Source: Azolla caroliniana (taxonomy: Eukaryota > Plantae > Polypodiophyta). Taken from it: 64,000 nt of DNA. Location: positions 6,820,001 through 6,884,000 of the forward strand of contig JBHGNT010000012.1 in assembly GCA_043228905.1 (NCBI GenBank). The letters are read 5' to 3'. This document shows positions 63,832 through 64,000 of the stretch, piece after piece. Both the position numbers and the translations under genes were made by a program. Every line of letters starts with the position of its first letter. Position 1 is the first letter of the stretch. Under the pieces are notes generated by a model. That model had not been told where the DNA came from. It did not search any database and saw only the letters and a list, made by a program, of their open reading frames with translations.

Positions 63832-64000
63832 CTAAAAACCTAAATTTTCCTAGCAAGCTAAGAAGACTTTCAAGCATTTTATCTACAATAGACTGAAAGA
63901 CTTTGCGAGGATTAGGAGATGATCTCAAAAAAGAAACAAAACGTTGTAAAATAAGAATACTTAGATCAAAAAGTATATTCCCATTGTTTTTGATATATGT

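Larger units (their letters stand above)
57890..64000 (+). mobile_element. Probable DNA transposon (Sola-like); left boundary approximate, right end outside the window
   Basis: Chromovirus leader is interrupted without an LTR; contains a transposase gene and subterminal repeats; possible GAG terminus at 57893. Confidence 0.55.

Overview
Gene-free, heterochromatin-like plant DNA made almost entirely of nested, mostly decayed transposons. A non-seed plant host (fern, lycophyte or bryophyte) is inferred from the 5S sequence variant and the mix of retroelement lineages. From left to right: a minus-strand Copia (1-2371 and 15077-15475) is split by a plus-strand Copia (2372-15071). That element hosts a Tcn1/Tf1-like chromovirus (4169-9898) and a solo LTR (13265-14944). 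Next come a truncated chromovirus (15476-20392), unexplained LTR-like DNA (20393-22932), a rearranged cluster of CCGG-rich Copia copies (22933-34718) and a 5S-rRNA-derived fragment (34946-35030). A tRNA-Trp-primed Gypsy (about 35143-48730) hosts two nested Copia copies (39950-47635). These are followed by an Athila-like remnant with an accessory ORF (48731-52098), a nearly intact chromovirus (52099 to about 57890) and an intron-containing Sola-like DNA transposase with an intronic satellite and a convergent unknown exon (about 57890-64000). The best leads are: a covarying ~165-nt structured RNA shared by the 5' leaders of two diverged chromoviruses; a miniaturised 5S/Pol III cassette in TE DNA; a self-priming chromovirus with heat-shock-element-rich LTRs; and repeated antisense self-insertion. 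All family assignments come from motif recognition by eye, with no database search.
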